Below, one piece after another: positions 50,836 to 64,000 of a stretch of DNA of 64,000 nt. A program made the translations under genes and the position numbers. The stretch spans positions 4,179,358 to 4,243,357 of the forward strand of contig CM082585.2 in the NCBI GenBank assembly GCA_040954595.2. The letters are read 5' to 3'. Position 1 is the stretch's first letter. Each line of letters begins with the position of its first letter. The notes below the pieces were generated by a model that worked only from the letters and a program-made list of their open reading frames with translations, made no database searches and was not told the origin of the DNA. The DNA comes from Balanoglossus misakiensis (taxonomy: Eukaryota; Animalia; Hemichordata).

Positions 50836-52378
50836 GATGGTATTAAGTTTTCCAAAATTGCTGTTCCTGTTATCTTTAGTAATAGATCGTGATGAACGGG
50901 AACGGGGCAGTACTTACAAAGCGAATGCCCACACCGAATTAAAAGACGTGTCGAGGTTGATATTGCTTTATACAAAGGCAGGGCCTAGGGGAGGGGGTGC
51001 TTATCACCCTCAGATAAATGGCACTCGGGGATTTATTTCTTCATAAGAGTAAAACCCTCCAGCTGTCGAAGTTGTTCAGTGTGGCGGAAAAAACGTGTTT
51101 AGGGGCTTATCTCTCAGTTAATTTAAAGATATGTGTTTCTGTGCCTGGCACCCGCTGCTATGTTGAAAGTATCTTGGCCATTGTTCTGTCATGCTGAATA
51201 CTATACCTGAGCGTATGCTATTCCCTTTGATGATGACGTACCTTTGCATCGTTATGTGCCCTTTGAGTTTTATACATACGAATCAGTTTATACTTGGTTT
51301 GCGTTTCCATCGCATAATGTTAACAATTAATAATAACATTCATGTATTCTGCAGAATTTGTGCGTGCAATAGTGTGCTGAAACCGAAACATACGAGGAAA
51401 GTGATTGCATATGTGGATTGAAAATGTTTTACTTTATAGATGTCACAAGATAGTGCGCAATGCTCAATCCCAATGAACGAATACCATCTAAAGACACGAG
51501 CTCAAAACAGACGTATGTACACACACCAAAAACCCAAATGATCAAGCAAATATTAGATTTTTAATCCCGGCACCAACTATAGTAAACATTAATTCGTGCA
51601 CAATTTCAATTTACTTAAACGTAAGAACCTAAATAAGTTATGGCAGTCCGAAGTATTGATTCATAAATAACACAATTTAAATGGACCTACGGGATTTGTG
51701 GATAAGAAGTAGCTAGTATGAATTAATGAAATTTTAATACATGAGAAAAATCTACTGACAGCTACTGAATAAATTTCATTGTGCGATGGGAGAATGACAG
51801 GTCCTTTTTGTAGAACGTTGATGGTTTTAATCTCAAAATCCATCTTTCATTAAAATTGCATTTAGTTTTTTCTTTGAATAGTAAAACCAGTTTGAGATCC
51901 TTGGAACGTGTCCTGCGCTCAGTCTACTTTACATGTTAAAAACTCTTCTCTTTGGGGGTTTAAAAAAGAAAACCTGTGCCATAGTCTGGAAAAGCAGTTC
52001 ACTTTAATACCTTTTCATAATATCTCTTAGAGGAAACCAAAATATGGTGACAGTATTAAACATTTATTATGATCATTTTTTGCCATCAAAGTACAAATAC
52101 TGTGCAGCCCTTTTATCAATTCACACGTGGAGGCGCTTCAATTCTGGGATACAATTGTCTTTGCGCACGTACGTTAAGGTACGAGACGATTACCTGAATA
52201 AATACATAAATACATAAATAAATAAATACATTTCATACATGTGCATTCTTTCACTATCAAATGACCAAATACATGTACATAAATACAAACTGACAAAATA
52301 TACCATATAGTTTCTTACCGAAACAATTTCCCCATTAACGCCCGCATCCACAAAAGACTGACACCACGTCCACAAAGA

Positions 52379-52890
52379 TTTATTTATTTTTATTTATTCT
52401 TTAATTCAGGCCGTATGCCCATACTGTAAAAAAAACATACAAAACAAACCCAGAAACAACTCCATAAAAGAAAGACACAAAAGAAAAAAAATCCCAAAAA
52501 CTTAATAAAGAACAACCCTGCAATGCCCCTAGAATGTAGATAAAAAGTAACAGTCAGTCTGTATACAGCTGCGGATGACCGGGTTACCGCTTTTTTGTAA
52601 GCGTTGGCAAAAGGAAAAAAACAATTTTCGATGTAGCGAGGTGAAGTTCAAAATATTCCTACTTACAAAGTTATGACTTATGCTTACATCGCGTTTCAGA
52701 TTAAAAATCAATCTTAAGGCATTGTTATACGCAACTTTTAAAGTAGACATTTGTTTGACACTGTAGTTACACCACACGTTAAGACAATAAACACTATATA
52801 AAAAACTTTTAAAAAGAGTGCACTTCACCTTATGTGAGCAATGGCCAAAATTACGCAAAATAAAATTAGCTCTAGCATAAAAGCAACGAG
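52379..52890 (-). mobile_element. 5'-truncated LINE 3' end inserted in the BEL 3' LTR, TSD CAAAGA
   Basis: Absent from the 5' LTR. ORF FYARANFILRNF..VAYNNALR, a (TAAA)n-like tail, and CAAAGA at 52373-52378 and 52891-52896. Confidence 0.88.
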
Positions 52891-53589
52891 CAAAGAGACT
52901 GACTGCGTCCGTGAAGACTGCTATGTGTATCATACACTGAAAAAGTATGCAAAAACGACTTGAAATTTACTGTTCAAATATCATAAGACTTCATACATTT
53001 CGCCAGACCAGGTAAGTTAAAAGATTACTAAATCAAATAGCATAACTTCAGACAATGAGACATCTTCGCCAGGAACAAGGTAAGTGAGGCGAGTACACAA
53101 AATCGCTCGGAAAAGCTCAAGAACGACAGAAATACTTTCCTAGAAAACTACAGACATCGCTGCAGAAAATAAATCTTTACATATGTGGTACATACCATTC
53201 TTTCAGAAAAAAAACGACTGTGACACACTCTGGTCCTACAGATCAACGACTGTGACACACCCTGGTCCTACAGAACAATGACTGAGACACTCCTTTGTCC
53301 TACAGAACAATGACTGCGACACTCCTTCCTCGGCAGCTGCCCCAATAATCTACTGGTTTCACTTTTCAAACAATGCCTTAAATACTGTATCAGGGAGTCA
53401 GGAAACCCGTCCAGGGGGCAAAGGTCAGCACTACTGTGAAGTCCCAAATGTCTACAGAGGGCGCTTTCCCCAAAATCCAAAAATAGAAAATTTGACTGTA
53501 ACACTCCCACCCCCGAATTGCAACTCTGGCAATTCTAAATATACAAAGGCAAATTTCCAAAAAATGTTATGCAAATGTCAATTCAAAAG

Positions 53590-56500
53590 TTATTTGCTCA
53601 GTTCTGCTTCCACGAGAACACCCAGTTTAGCAATTGGTCTATCCAAGGTCGATGTCTTTGTCCGCACTCTGCATGACCTCACATCACCTTTCTTGTCCTT
53701 GTACGTCATTTCCACCACTGCCATCGGCCAACTGTTCCTAGCCACAGACTTGTCCACGATGAGCACAATATCTCCTACTTCCACATTACGTCTCTGCTTC
53801 TGCCACTTGGGTCTCTGCTGCAGTGTGACTAAATACTCTTTCCTCCAGCGGGACCAAAACACATCTACCAAGTACTGGGCTTGACGCCATCGTTTTCTGG
53901 AATAAATGTCATTCTTCTCGAATACACCTGGTGAGCTCAGAACTGTAGCACGGGGATTTATCAACATGTTGGGTGTCAATGGCAGCAAATCTTCGGGATC
54001 TGATGATGTTGTGGTCAACGGTCTGTTGTTTACAATATGCTCGGCTTCACAGAAAACTGTAATGAGTGTTTCGTCATCGACGATACGGGGTTGCTCCTTC
54101 AGCAAACTAAATAGTATTTTCCTGGTTGTTCGAATCATTCTTTCCCACACTCCACCAAAATGTGATGCTGTTGGGGGGTTGAAATGCCACTCTATGCCTA
54201 TGGTACACAGCACATCACTCAATTTGGACTGGTCCAACTGTCGCAGCATCTGTCTTAGCTCCTTTTCGGACCCAACTAAATTGGTTCCATTGTCAGACCG
54301 TATACTTCGGACAGGACCTCTTCTGGCCACAAACCTTCGGATAGCATTGATACATGAATCCGTTTCCAGGGAATGAGCAACTTCCAAATGTACTGCTCTG
54401 GATGAAAGGCAAGTAAATATAACACCATACGGCTTCACCTCAGATCGTGCACGTCGCACTGTTAATGGACCAAAATAATCCATCCCACAGAAGGTAAATG
54501 GTGATACTTCAGCCTGGACTCTTTCTGCAGGTAAGTCAGCCATCATCTGTTCACAAGGTGCCCTTTGGTACCGCCGGCATAGAACGCAATTTCTCGTCAC
54601 CCTCTTCACCAACTGACTTCCTCCATAGATCCAGTAATTTTCTCTGATTTTCGCCAATGTAGCATTTTTTCCCAAATGTCCAACAGCTGAATGGGCATCT
54701 TGAGCAATCATCTGTGACACTGGGGCATCTTTCGGCAATACCACCGGATGCTTGGATTCATACGGTAAGTCAGCTCTCTTCAGTCTTCCACCAACACGAA
54801 TAAGACCTTCTTCAGATAAAATAGGATTGTATTTGAAGAGAGTACTTTTCTTGGGAACTGCTTGACCTTTTGATAGAGCTTCTCTTTCTTCTGTGTACGC
54901 CTTCTTCTGGACATCTTTCAATATGGCTATTTCACTTTCGTGCAACATGGAGGGGGTCAGGTATTGTGTACAACTGGATTTTTCTTCCGATCTTCCAATG
55001 AGCTTGAGGAATTTCATCACTGCTAATAAGACATAGGACATCACTCTCTTCAATTTCAACCAACCAGAGATTCTTGCAACCAGAGATTTGACCACTGAAG
55101 TTTCTTCTGTCTGAATGGTCACACAAGCAGTTTTCACTTCCGGATCATTTTCTTCCATCTGCGTGGAAATCGCCTGTTTTGGCCAATAGGCTTCCTTCTG
55201 CCACAGAAATTCTGGTCCGCATAGCCAATTACTGCTGTTCAGCCCTCTGACTGTGTTAACACCTCTGGATGCTAAATCTGCGGGGTTTATCTTTGTATCA
55301 ACATGACGCCACTGATCAGGAATCGATGCTTCTCTGATGACCTGAACTCTGTTCGCAACAAAGGTATGGTATCTTGCTCTGTCATTCATGATGTACTTCA
55401 AAACTGCTGTGCTGTCTGTCCAGTACATAGTCTTGTCAATTTTGATGTCTAATTCTCTGTGAAGTATGGCGACCATTCTGGTGGCTAATGTTGCAGCTGT
55501 AAGTTCGAGTCTGGGTATTGTTATTCTCTTTAAAGGAGTCACTCTCGCCTTGGCAAATACAAGCGAACAATGTACATCACCATCTGCATTGAGTTGTCTG
55601 ATGTAAATAGCACAGCCATATCCTATTTCACTGGCGTCTGCAAATGCATGTATTTCTCTGCGTGTCACCTTTCCGAATTCCGCTGGTGCATAGCATCTTG
55701 GTATATTTACTTCTTCCAAATCTTCGATGCTAGTCTTCCAGATCTGCCATTTTCTTAGTACATCTTCACCCGGCTCTTCGTCCCATCCCACCTTTTGTCT
55801 GCACAATTCTTGAAACATAGTTTTTGCGGGAATGATAAGTGGTGCTATGAAACCCAATGGATCATAAATTGAACTGAATATAGACAGCATCGCTCTTCTG
55901 GTAGCCTCCGTCCTTTTCAAGTGGCTCTTGAATTGGAACTCATCTGTTTCTGCATTCCATAACAAGCCAAGAGTTCTCTCTGTAGGAAGCTGTGATGAAT
56001 CCAGGTCCAAGTCCATCAAGTCCTTCGCTCGATCCTCAACTGGGATTTCCCTCAGTACTTCCCTTTTATTGCTAGACCACTTGGTTAGGTTGAAGCCGCC
56101 ACTTTTGCACAATGCTTTCAGTTCACTCACCAACTGTATGGCACTTTCCGCATTTTCTACAGACTTCAGTCCATCATCCATGTAGAAATTGTTGTGTAGA
56201 GTGTTGACTGCTTCTTGACTGGCATCAAATCTATTATCTGTCCCAACTTTCTTCAGGCTGTAGTTACAACATGATGGCGAGGATGCTGCACCAAACAGAT
56301 GTACACACATACGGTAGACTTTAGGTTTCTGGCTAGTGTCCCCCATCGGCCACCATAAAAATCTCAGGAAGTCTCGCTGACACTCCGGCACCTTGACTTG
56401 ATAAAACATACACTCAATGTCACTTGAGAAGGCAACCGGAAACTCTCGGAACCGCAACAGCACTCCTTGAAGATTATTCAACAAATTGGGACCAGGCAAT

Positions 56501-59293
56501 AAGACATCATTCAGAGACGTTCCTCTAAACTTGGCAGCACAATCAAATACCACTCGCATTTTGTTTGGTTTTTTCGGATGGTACACACCATGGTGGGGTA
56601 TATACCATTCACGTCCTTCCTTCGGTCTCATGTGCTCTGGAACTTCTTCCGCATACCCACTACTGATAACTTTCTCCATAAAATCTATGTAATCAGCCTT
56701 GAATTGGGACTTATTGTTCATTTTCCCTAGCAATCCCTTTAGCCGTTGTTCTGCTATCTTTTGATTATTCGGTACCAACACATCCGGATCTCGGAAGGGG
56801 AGGTCAACCTGGTAGTGACCATCTATCATCTTACAGGATCTATCCATCACGTTAATGAAGTTTTTGTCTTCCCAAGACCATTCCCTCTTGTCATCAACGG
56901 CCCTCTCTGGGAAGTCGTAATTAAGGCTCTGTTCGTATAACGTTTCTAAATTTCTTTCCGCCATTATGAAGTTACAGGAGGTCTCTCCCTTGCCAATCTT
57001 GGTGACACCCCAGGCTACCCACCCCAGAGGCGTCTGGGTGGCATATGGGCTTCCTGGTGGGCCAGTTTTCACCTTCAATGGGGCATATGCTGCTGGAACG
57101 TTGTTTCCTATCAACAGATCAATACCGGTGTTAATTTTCAGCCTTGGCAAGTCGACGTCCTTCAAGTGCTCCCAGGAGGAAATGTCTTTCTTGGTAGGTA
57201 TGTGCCATTCTCCCACAGGTAAGTTTGATTTGGTATAAACTGGAGGCAGATGCACTGGTACGCCTTCCCCACTAATTGATTCTATCTTCAACCCCGATAT
57301 CATACGTGTTGGAATGTTACATGTGGTACTCATAGTCTTCATGGATAACGTCGTCTCTGTACCGGTTACCTGCAACTTCTGCGCCAAACTGTCCGTACAA
57401 AATGATACATTGCTGCCAGGATCTAAGAATGCGTTACATCTTACAGTATTGGACCCAATTGTCACTTTCACTGGAACAATCGGCATGGTACATCCACTAA
57501 AACTTGTGGCGTTGTTACTTGTTGGCTGGTTCACAGTCATAGCACTACTGGCAGACAGATTGTCACTGTTCCGACTCGACATACATGTATTGGCATCTTT
57601 CTGGCGGGTGAAGTTGAAGTCATGCAACAAGGTATGGTGATTACCTTTGCACACATCACAAGTCATGTTCAGTTTACAGCCAGTAGCAAAGTGTCCCTTT
57701 CTGAAGCATTTGAAACACACCTTCAATCTTCTCATCAACTCTCTCCTGTCTTTCAATGTCATTGTCTCAATCTTCGGACAGCTAGGGAGTCTGTGTGGCC
57801 CCTCACAGCACCAACATTTCACACCACAATTGTCAACACTTGTCACTGCTGCAACTTTTCCCTGCACACGGTCCCTTTTCTGTCTTTTCTCAACAGTCAG
57901 GTTGTCTCTCCCAAAAATTGGATCATTCTGCTTGGTTGATTCCAACTGGATAAATTGCACAAGGTCACTAAAACCAATTCTTCTCTCCCTTCTTCGAAGA
58001 GTTTGTACTGTACTTCGCCATCTGTCATGCATATACATTGGCAACTTCCGTATAATTTCTTTCAAGTTCTCCGAGTACTCCAGGATCCCAAAACTGTCCA
58101 CACAATGAGTAGCCGCCTCACATTCTTGGAGGAATATGGAAAATTCATCCAAGGCTTTTGGATCGTCTGCTCGGATAGGTGGCCAGGATAGCACTTTCTT
58201 TACATAGGAATTGGCGATTACCTCCGGATCTCCATACCTGCGGTTTAGCTCTTTCATTGCTGCTGGATAGCCGACTTCAGCATCTAAATACGAAAATCCA
58301 ACTACAACACGGTGAGCTTCACCTGTTGTGAACTGCTCCAGCTAAGTAATTTTTTCATCATTTGAACAAATGTTCTCCGTTCCTGACTTGAATTGTCTAA
58401 TAAACTTGTTATAGTTCAAACAGTCACCACCAAACTTTGCTATCTCAAGTCTGGGCTTCTTCATTTGCAGCAACACATCACACATGTTCTTGTTAATGAC
58501 TTCTGAAACTTTGGGCGTCGCCTGGTACATAACTTTATTTTCTTTATGTTCATTCTGTTGTTCTGTTGTGTTATTGTTCTGTCCGTGATTAACTGGACTG
58601 TTCTTGTCTTGTGAAGGTGCACGATGTTGGCTTGAAGAACTGTTCTCTGCACAACTTTCGCTGTCTTCCGACTGACTATCAATGTTACTTTCAATTTCTT
58701 CTAGCAGATCACATTTAGCATTGGACACTGCTATCTCTGTCTTTATTTCGTGTGACTCTATTTCATGTTTCAGTTCCACTTCTAATAATTTCAATCGTGT
58801 CTCTAAATCCTGTTTGTCTCTCAGCAACTTCTCCTTTTCAAGCAATGCCGCCCTTTTAGCCTTTTCAACTGATTTCACTGAGGAAACCTTGCTTCTCACC
58901 GATCGCTTGGAACTCGATGTTGATTCTGTTTTTGTTACTGTCATTTGTTCTACAGATTTGGTTTGGAACCACGCTGTTATTCTGGACTTCACATTTGTTA
59001 TCCAAACGTCCTTTTCATCAAACCAACGTTCGAAGTATTCAGTACGGGCTACTTCATCTAATAAAGCACAGTAGTTGCACATTGGCCTTCATAAACAGCT
59101 CATATTTGCTCATCCATCTCATATGTGTACTCTTCGTACTTTCAATTGGTGGATTTTCTGCTATCAGAGACGTCATCTCTTCTGATACAGCTTTCAAACC
59201 TTTCCATGCTTCACCAAGGGCTTTGAACTTCATCCCTTCAGCATATTCCTGTCCTCTAACAGTCAGCTTCCTGGGCCTTGCATCACCATCCAT
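53590..59293 (-). CDS. BEL/Pao gag-pol polyprotein (gag has one frameshift at ~59080 and one in-frame stop at 58342; the downstream 1555 aa are open)
   Basis: Three Cys/His knuckles, protease FLDPGS, RT YMDD, RNase H AFADAS, and integrase HHCC plus GMDYFG/SDNGTN/GVWERM, in PR-RT-RH-IN order. Confidence 0.95.
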
Positions 59294-60274
59294 CTTCAGT
59301 TGAGTATCCCTCTACCATAAGGTTGTTTCGGTAATTGAGATGTGCAGCCCTTTTATCAATTCACACGTGGAGGCGCTTCAATTCTGGGATACAATTGTCT
59401 TTAATGCGCACGTACGTTAAGGTACGAGACGATTACCTGAATAAATACATAAATACATAAATAAATAAATACATTTCATACATGTGCATTCTTTCACTAT
59501 CAAATGACCAAATACATGTACATAAATACAAACTGACAAAATATACCATATAGTTTCTTACCGAAACAATTTCCCCATTAACGCCCGCATCCACAAAAGA
59601 CTGACACCACGTCCACAAAGAGACTGACTGCGTCCGTGAAGACTGCTATGTGTATCATACACTGAAAAAGTATGCAAAAACGACTTGAAATTTACTGTTC
59701 AAATATCATAAGACTTCATACATTTCGCCAGACCAGGTAAGTTAAAAGATTACTAAATCAAATAGCATAACTTCAGACAATGAGACATCTTCGCCAGGAA
59801 CAAGGTAAGTGAGGCGAGTACACAAAATCGCTCGGAAAAGCTCAAGAACGACAGAAATACTTTCCTAGTAAACTACAGACATCGCTGCAGAAAATAAATC
59901 TTTACATATGTGGTACATACCATTCTTTCAGAAAAAAAACGACTGTGACACACTCTGGTCCTACAGATCAACGACTGTGACACACCCTGGTCCTACAGAA
60001 CAATGACTGAGACACTCCTTTGTCCTACAGAACAATGACTGCGACACTCCTTCCTCGGCAGCTGCCCCAATAATCTACTGGTTTCACTTTTCAAACAATG
60101 CCTTAAATACTGTATCAGGGAGTCAGGAAACCCGTCCAGGGGGCAAAGGTCAGCACTACTGTGAAGTCCCAAATGTCTACAGAGGGCGCTTTCCCCAAAA
60201 TCCAAAAATAGAAAATTTGACTGTAACAAATACTGACCAAAGGTGACGCAGGGTGTAGAGTGGGCAGTGTCTCA

Positions 60275-60810
60275 GGCCGTACCCGTTCAGTCACTGTTGG
60301 AAAGCGTTCAAGACCACGCACGAGTTAAACTATCACGTCATGATCCACTCGGACGTGAAACAGTTTGAATGCAAAGAGTGCGGAAAGACCTTTATGCACG
60401 GCCATAACCTGCGGCTTCACAAACAGATCCACATGGACAACCGGCCGCACCAGCGTCAGTACTGCGGGAACAGGTTCTACCAGAAGTCGAACATGAAGAG
60501 GCACCTCACTGTCCACACCTCGGTCGTCGACAAACCGTGCGAGGTGAAGGAACTCGCGGCGGGAAAGCGGTACGAATGCAAAGAGTGCGGGAAACTATTT
60601 ACCGCGAGCGGCAATGTGAGAAAACACGTCGTCGTTCGAACCAAAGAAAGACCGTTTCCTTGTACAATTTGCGGCGCAGCGTTCGCGCGCAAAGCGGGCT
60701 TGCAGAGACATAATCAAGTGCACACACAGCAACGGCCATTTAAATATGGAGAGTGTGGGAGAGCGTTTGCAGACAAAGCCAACTTAGTTGCACACAAAAG
60801 CTGTCATTTT
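60275..60810 (+). pseudogene. C2H2 zinc-finger array relic (~6 fingers, most with a mutated zinc ligand)
   Basis: CKECGKTF..HKQIH and CTICGAAF..HNQVH are intact. The others are altered: RQYC, HVVVR, YGEC, FSHC. Linkers are ERPF/RPF-like. No start context; the relic lies just beside the BEL insertion. Confidence 0.75.
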
Positions 60811-62198
60811 TGCATTATAAAACAATACGTTGGCGAACAAAGCTTTAACGTTTCTGTACACCGCAAGCAAGATGGTTGGTGGGTTTCCTTTTCATACACA
60901 ACAGTATTACAACGATCTGAGCCTTTTATACATCCCAAATGAATATTCTACCTATCAGAATTGATATAATTTAACGGCACGCTACAGCCTTCAAATGATG
61001 TAGTTTGCAAAAACTGCATATTTCTTTATAAGGCATCTAATTAAAGAAAACCATGTCTTTGTGAATAATTATTTTCTGTATTTTAGTGCTTACAACATAC
61101 CATAATGATATTGTAGATTATTTTGAACTGTAACTCTTTGCAATGGGGCCGGAGGACTTTTAATGCAATTAATAGACTTAGACACATAAACTGGTATTAC
61201 CAATCGAAAGTATGATTTATTGAAACTTGACTCTCCTGTATACAAAAAAACAGTACTTGGATACAATCTTGGAAAAACTTCAATACACTGGTTCAGATAG
61301 TGTTGCTAAGGTTCCAGTTTTGAAATTGAGACATTAACAGATCGAAGGCAATTACACACTGTAAAACTCAAATTTAGTAATATTTGGTCTATATCTTGCG
61401 TTTTGTGTGTCAACCAATGTGGTTTTGTGGCGTGATAAAACGTTCAGTCGTAAGATTCCAAAGACTCTGACAGAAAAATGTGTGTTATCTACATTGTCTA
61501 TGATAAAAAATTAAATGCAATACTGACTTAAACGTTTTACATGGTGATGGTTGAATATATACTGTCTATGATGACAAAGAAAAGTCACTCACTATGGTCT
61601 AGTGGATAGAATAAGAAAATGGGATGACATTTATCACAAAAATTCTGAATAAATTACATGAAGTTACAGCAATTCCATAAGTATTATCTCCCTATAACAA
61701 AGCATATAATTTCTCTCTTTCATTGATTAGCAAATTTCTTTCTCTAAATGACCTTTCAGATGCCAATGTTAAAATTTAAACAAATTTAGAAGTTTTACAA
61801 TAATGACAGGTCTTCCATAAGTTTTACATCTTCATATAGGCATTGGGATCTCCGTGTTCAATAAAACTCCCATCCAATAAAACACCTGAACAATAGTTTC
61901 ACGAAAGTAGTTTAATAAACAGACAACTTCATGAAAAGTCACTTCACAACCATGGGAAATGACACAGTTATCATCATATAATATTCTGAAGACTAACGTA
62001 ATAACAATGTCATATATAGAGGGATAGCCGGCCCTTCTGCCTAACCCCTGTCCCTTGGGCTAAAGAAACATTATTATTATTATTATTAGATGACATTTGT
62101 GAACTTAAAAATTAATGGTTGCATAACATTGACCACTCACTCAAATCACTGCTTACATTGTGAAAAGTACTGCGCCATAGCTGTTGACATAACTGAAA

Positions 62199-64000
62199 TT
62201 ATGAATGAAGTCTTACTTTGACAAACGTTATGTCTTTGTAGCCTGCCGTTTCATACATCAACCCAATATTATTGTCGTCTATTTTTGTCAGACACGAATA
62301 TCCGCTGAAACCAGGATCAATGGTGAGAGCGCCCTCCCACGTCTTGCCTTCGTCCAGGCTCCATCGCAGTGTCAGATTTTTTCGGCCCGATATCGAGGCT
62401 GGATTCAAGTGAAAGAGGACGCCGTTGAGGATGAGGGCGCTTCCAGCACATCCGGGATCGATTAAAACGTCATCAAAATAGACGTTCTCGATTGGAAAGG
62501 TGTCGCCCCCATCGTCGCTGCGAGACACAACTTTACAACTGCAGTGATAACCATAGGTATTGCGTGTAAAACAAAGAAGCGAGCCGTTTGCCATTTCAAC
62601 AATCTGAAAAAACAACAACAACAACAACAACAGTAACGTGAGCATTACAAGGTTTAAAACTACAGCTGTGAATGAATGAATGAATGAATGAATGAATGAA
62701 TGAATGAATGAATCGGAATGAATGAATGAATGAATGAATGAATGAATGAACGAACTTTATTTCACCAGAGATATATGTCAATATGTATAATACACAGAAA
62801 GTAAAAGAAAGATGTTTACATATAGATGAAAGAAAGATGTTTACGTATATTACTGTAGAATAAGCAATTCTGGTAGTGGAGGGTAGCTTTTGTTTGCGAG
62901 AAAAATATCTGAGCCCGAGTCAGAAGTTGACATTTTTCATCATCTGAACTGTATTAAGATAATTTCGAACTTCAGTTTTTAAAGTTCATGTGAACAAATT
63001 CATATGTAGGATCATTGTTGCTTCAATTATTATTTATTTGATATAAATTTCACTTGTAGAAAAAAATGACATAAACCTACTATTCAGCATCTTCCTAAAA
63101 ACAATCATAATTTATTTATTAAATCAAAACAAAACAAAGAGAGATAAAAAACTAAACTGCTATTGAAATCCTTTGTGGTCTTTAAATGAATAAGGTACGA
63201 TCTATATGAGATTGCATAATCAGATAAATGTTTACCCACCTGTGGTTCAGATATTGCGAAGTCTCCCTTCTTTTTTGGCACATTGTTGGGGATACCCGGC
63301 AGCGAAGCCCCAATTTCCCAACTCTTCCCGTGATCTGAGTCAAATCAAAATATAAATGTGGGTTGAGTTATTGTACATGTCTTTTATGCCTATTTCAGCC
63401 ATTAAAACTGCGACGGAAAGGTGGCAAAATCTATACTGCAATGCCCCGGATGAAATATCTAGTCTTGGTTTGAAGGCCCAAGGAGTTCCCTATGAGTTCG
63501 ATCACTGTCATTGTATACGTCACCACAGTAGCTATCTTTAACGCGAATAAATCAGATATTCTTAATCTGCACAGAAATAACCGTGTCATTTAATTCCATC
63601 GACCGAAAACACACATGGACTCGGATCACGTACTGAGAAACCGACCCTCGTGCCTCAGCTGTCTTTATGGTCTGATGAGTTAGATCCCATAGGGCGCAGT
63701 CACCTTCGGCCTTATCGCAACACCACCGTTGCCCGACATTTTCAGTGGTGGAGTTGCCTCTGCACAACACTAGTACAGCTACAACAATGAAATCGCAAGC
63801 ACTATCATGGCAACGAAAAGAATAAAATTAAATAATGTTTACTTTTGGAACGAATCATACAGAAATCGATGATAAATAGTGATCCTGCAATAATACATGT
63901 ACAGTATATAGTTTGTATTCTTACCGTCACTGGTCAAACAGTACAAGCCTTCCCTGCTTCCTTTGAGAGATATTAGGTGACCACACGCCACCAAGCGTCC
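62199..64000 (-). CDS. Sialidase (NEU1-like) paralog 3, last three exons; continues beyond the window
   Basis: Exons 64000-63925 (GRLVACGH..CLTSD), 63334-63240 (DHGKSW..SEPQ; 95 bp as in the other paralogs) and 62603-62199 (FTRN, SDDGGDTF, SLDEGKTW, SGYSCL). Confidence 0.92.
62668..62750. repeat. (TGAA)n microsatellite in a sialidase intron
   Basis: Read directly. Confidence 0.95.

Larger units (their letters stand above)
52101..60228 (-). mobile_element. Full-length BEL/Pao LTR retrotransposon, recent insertion, 5-bp TSD AATAC
   Basis: LTRs 59341-60228 and 52101-53503 (TG..CA) are nearly identical apart from a LINE insert. AATAC at 52096-52100 and 60229-60233. Polypurine tract at ~53504-53515 on the minus strand. 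Confidence 0.96.

Noticed and set aside
53906-59303. Multiple plus-strand ORFs within the BEL element
   Set aside because: Antisense shadows of gag-pol with no domain signatures.

Overview
This is AT-rich, intron-containing animal DNA. The gene and repeat content suggests an invertebrate deuterostome, but that is inference only. The window lies inside a NEU1-like sialidase cluster, with two paralogs at 0.7-4.9 kb and a third from 62.2 kb. The ~57 kb between them holds an intact 3xBIR-UBA-RING IAP gene and a spliced NLR with an unusual OTUD1-like deubiquitinase - DED - NACHT - LRR architecture whose NACHT core is internally deleted. A second, decayed copy of the same IAP + OTU-DED-NACHT pair is also present, along with an O-fucosyltransferase-family pseudogene and a C2H2 zinc-finger relic. 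Transposons are dense: a Crypton tyrosine-recombinase element with two Crypton relics and two non-autonomous elements sharing its two-module end structure, a recent full-length BEL/Pao LTR retrotransposon, a solo LTR, a long LINE with a 2A-like peptide, P-like, Harbinger-like and TTAA MITEs, and Helentron-type HINEs. The best novelty candidates are the OTU-DED-NLR fusion co-duplicating with an IAP E3 ligase, the Crypton end architecture with an empty/filled site pair, and a BEL element whose PBS position pairs with its own LTR. All exon models were read by eye from splice signals and reading phase; no database searches were run.
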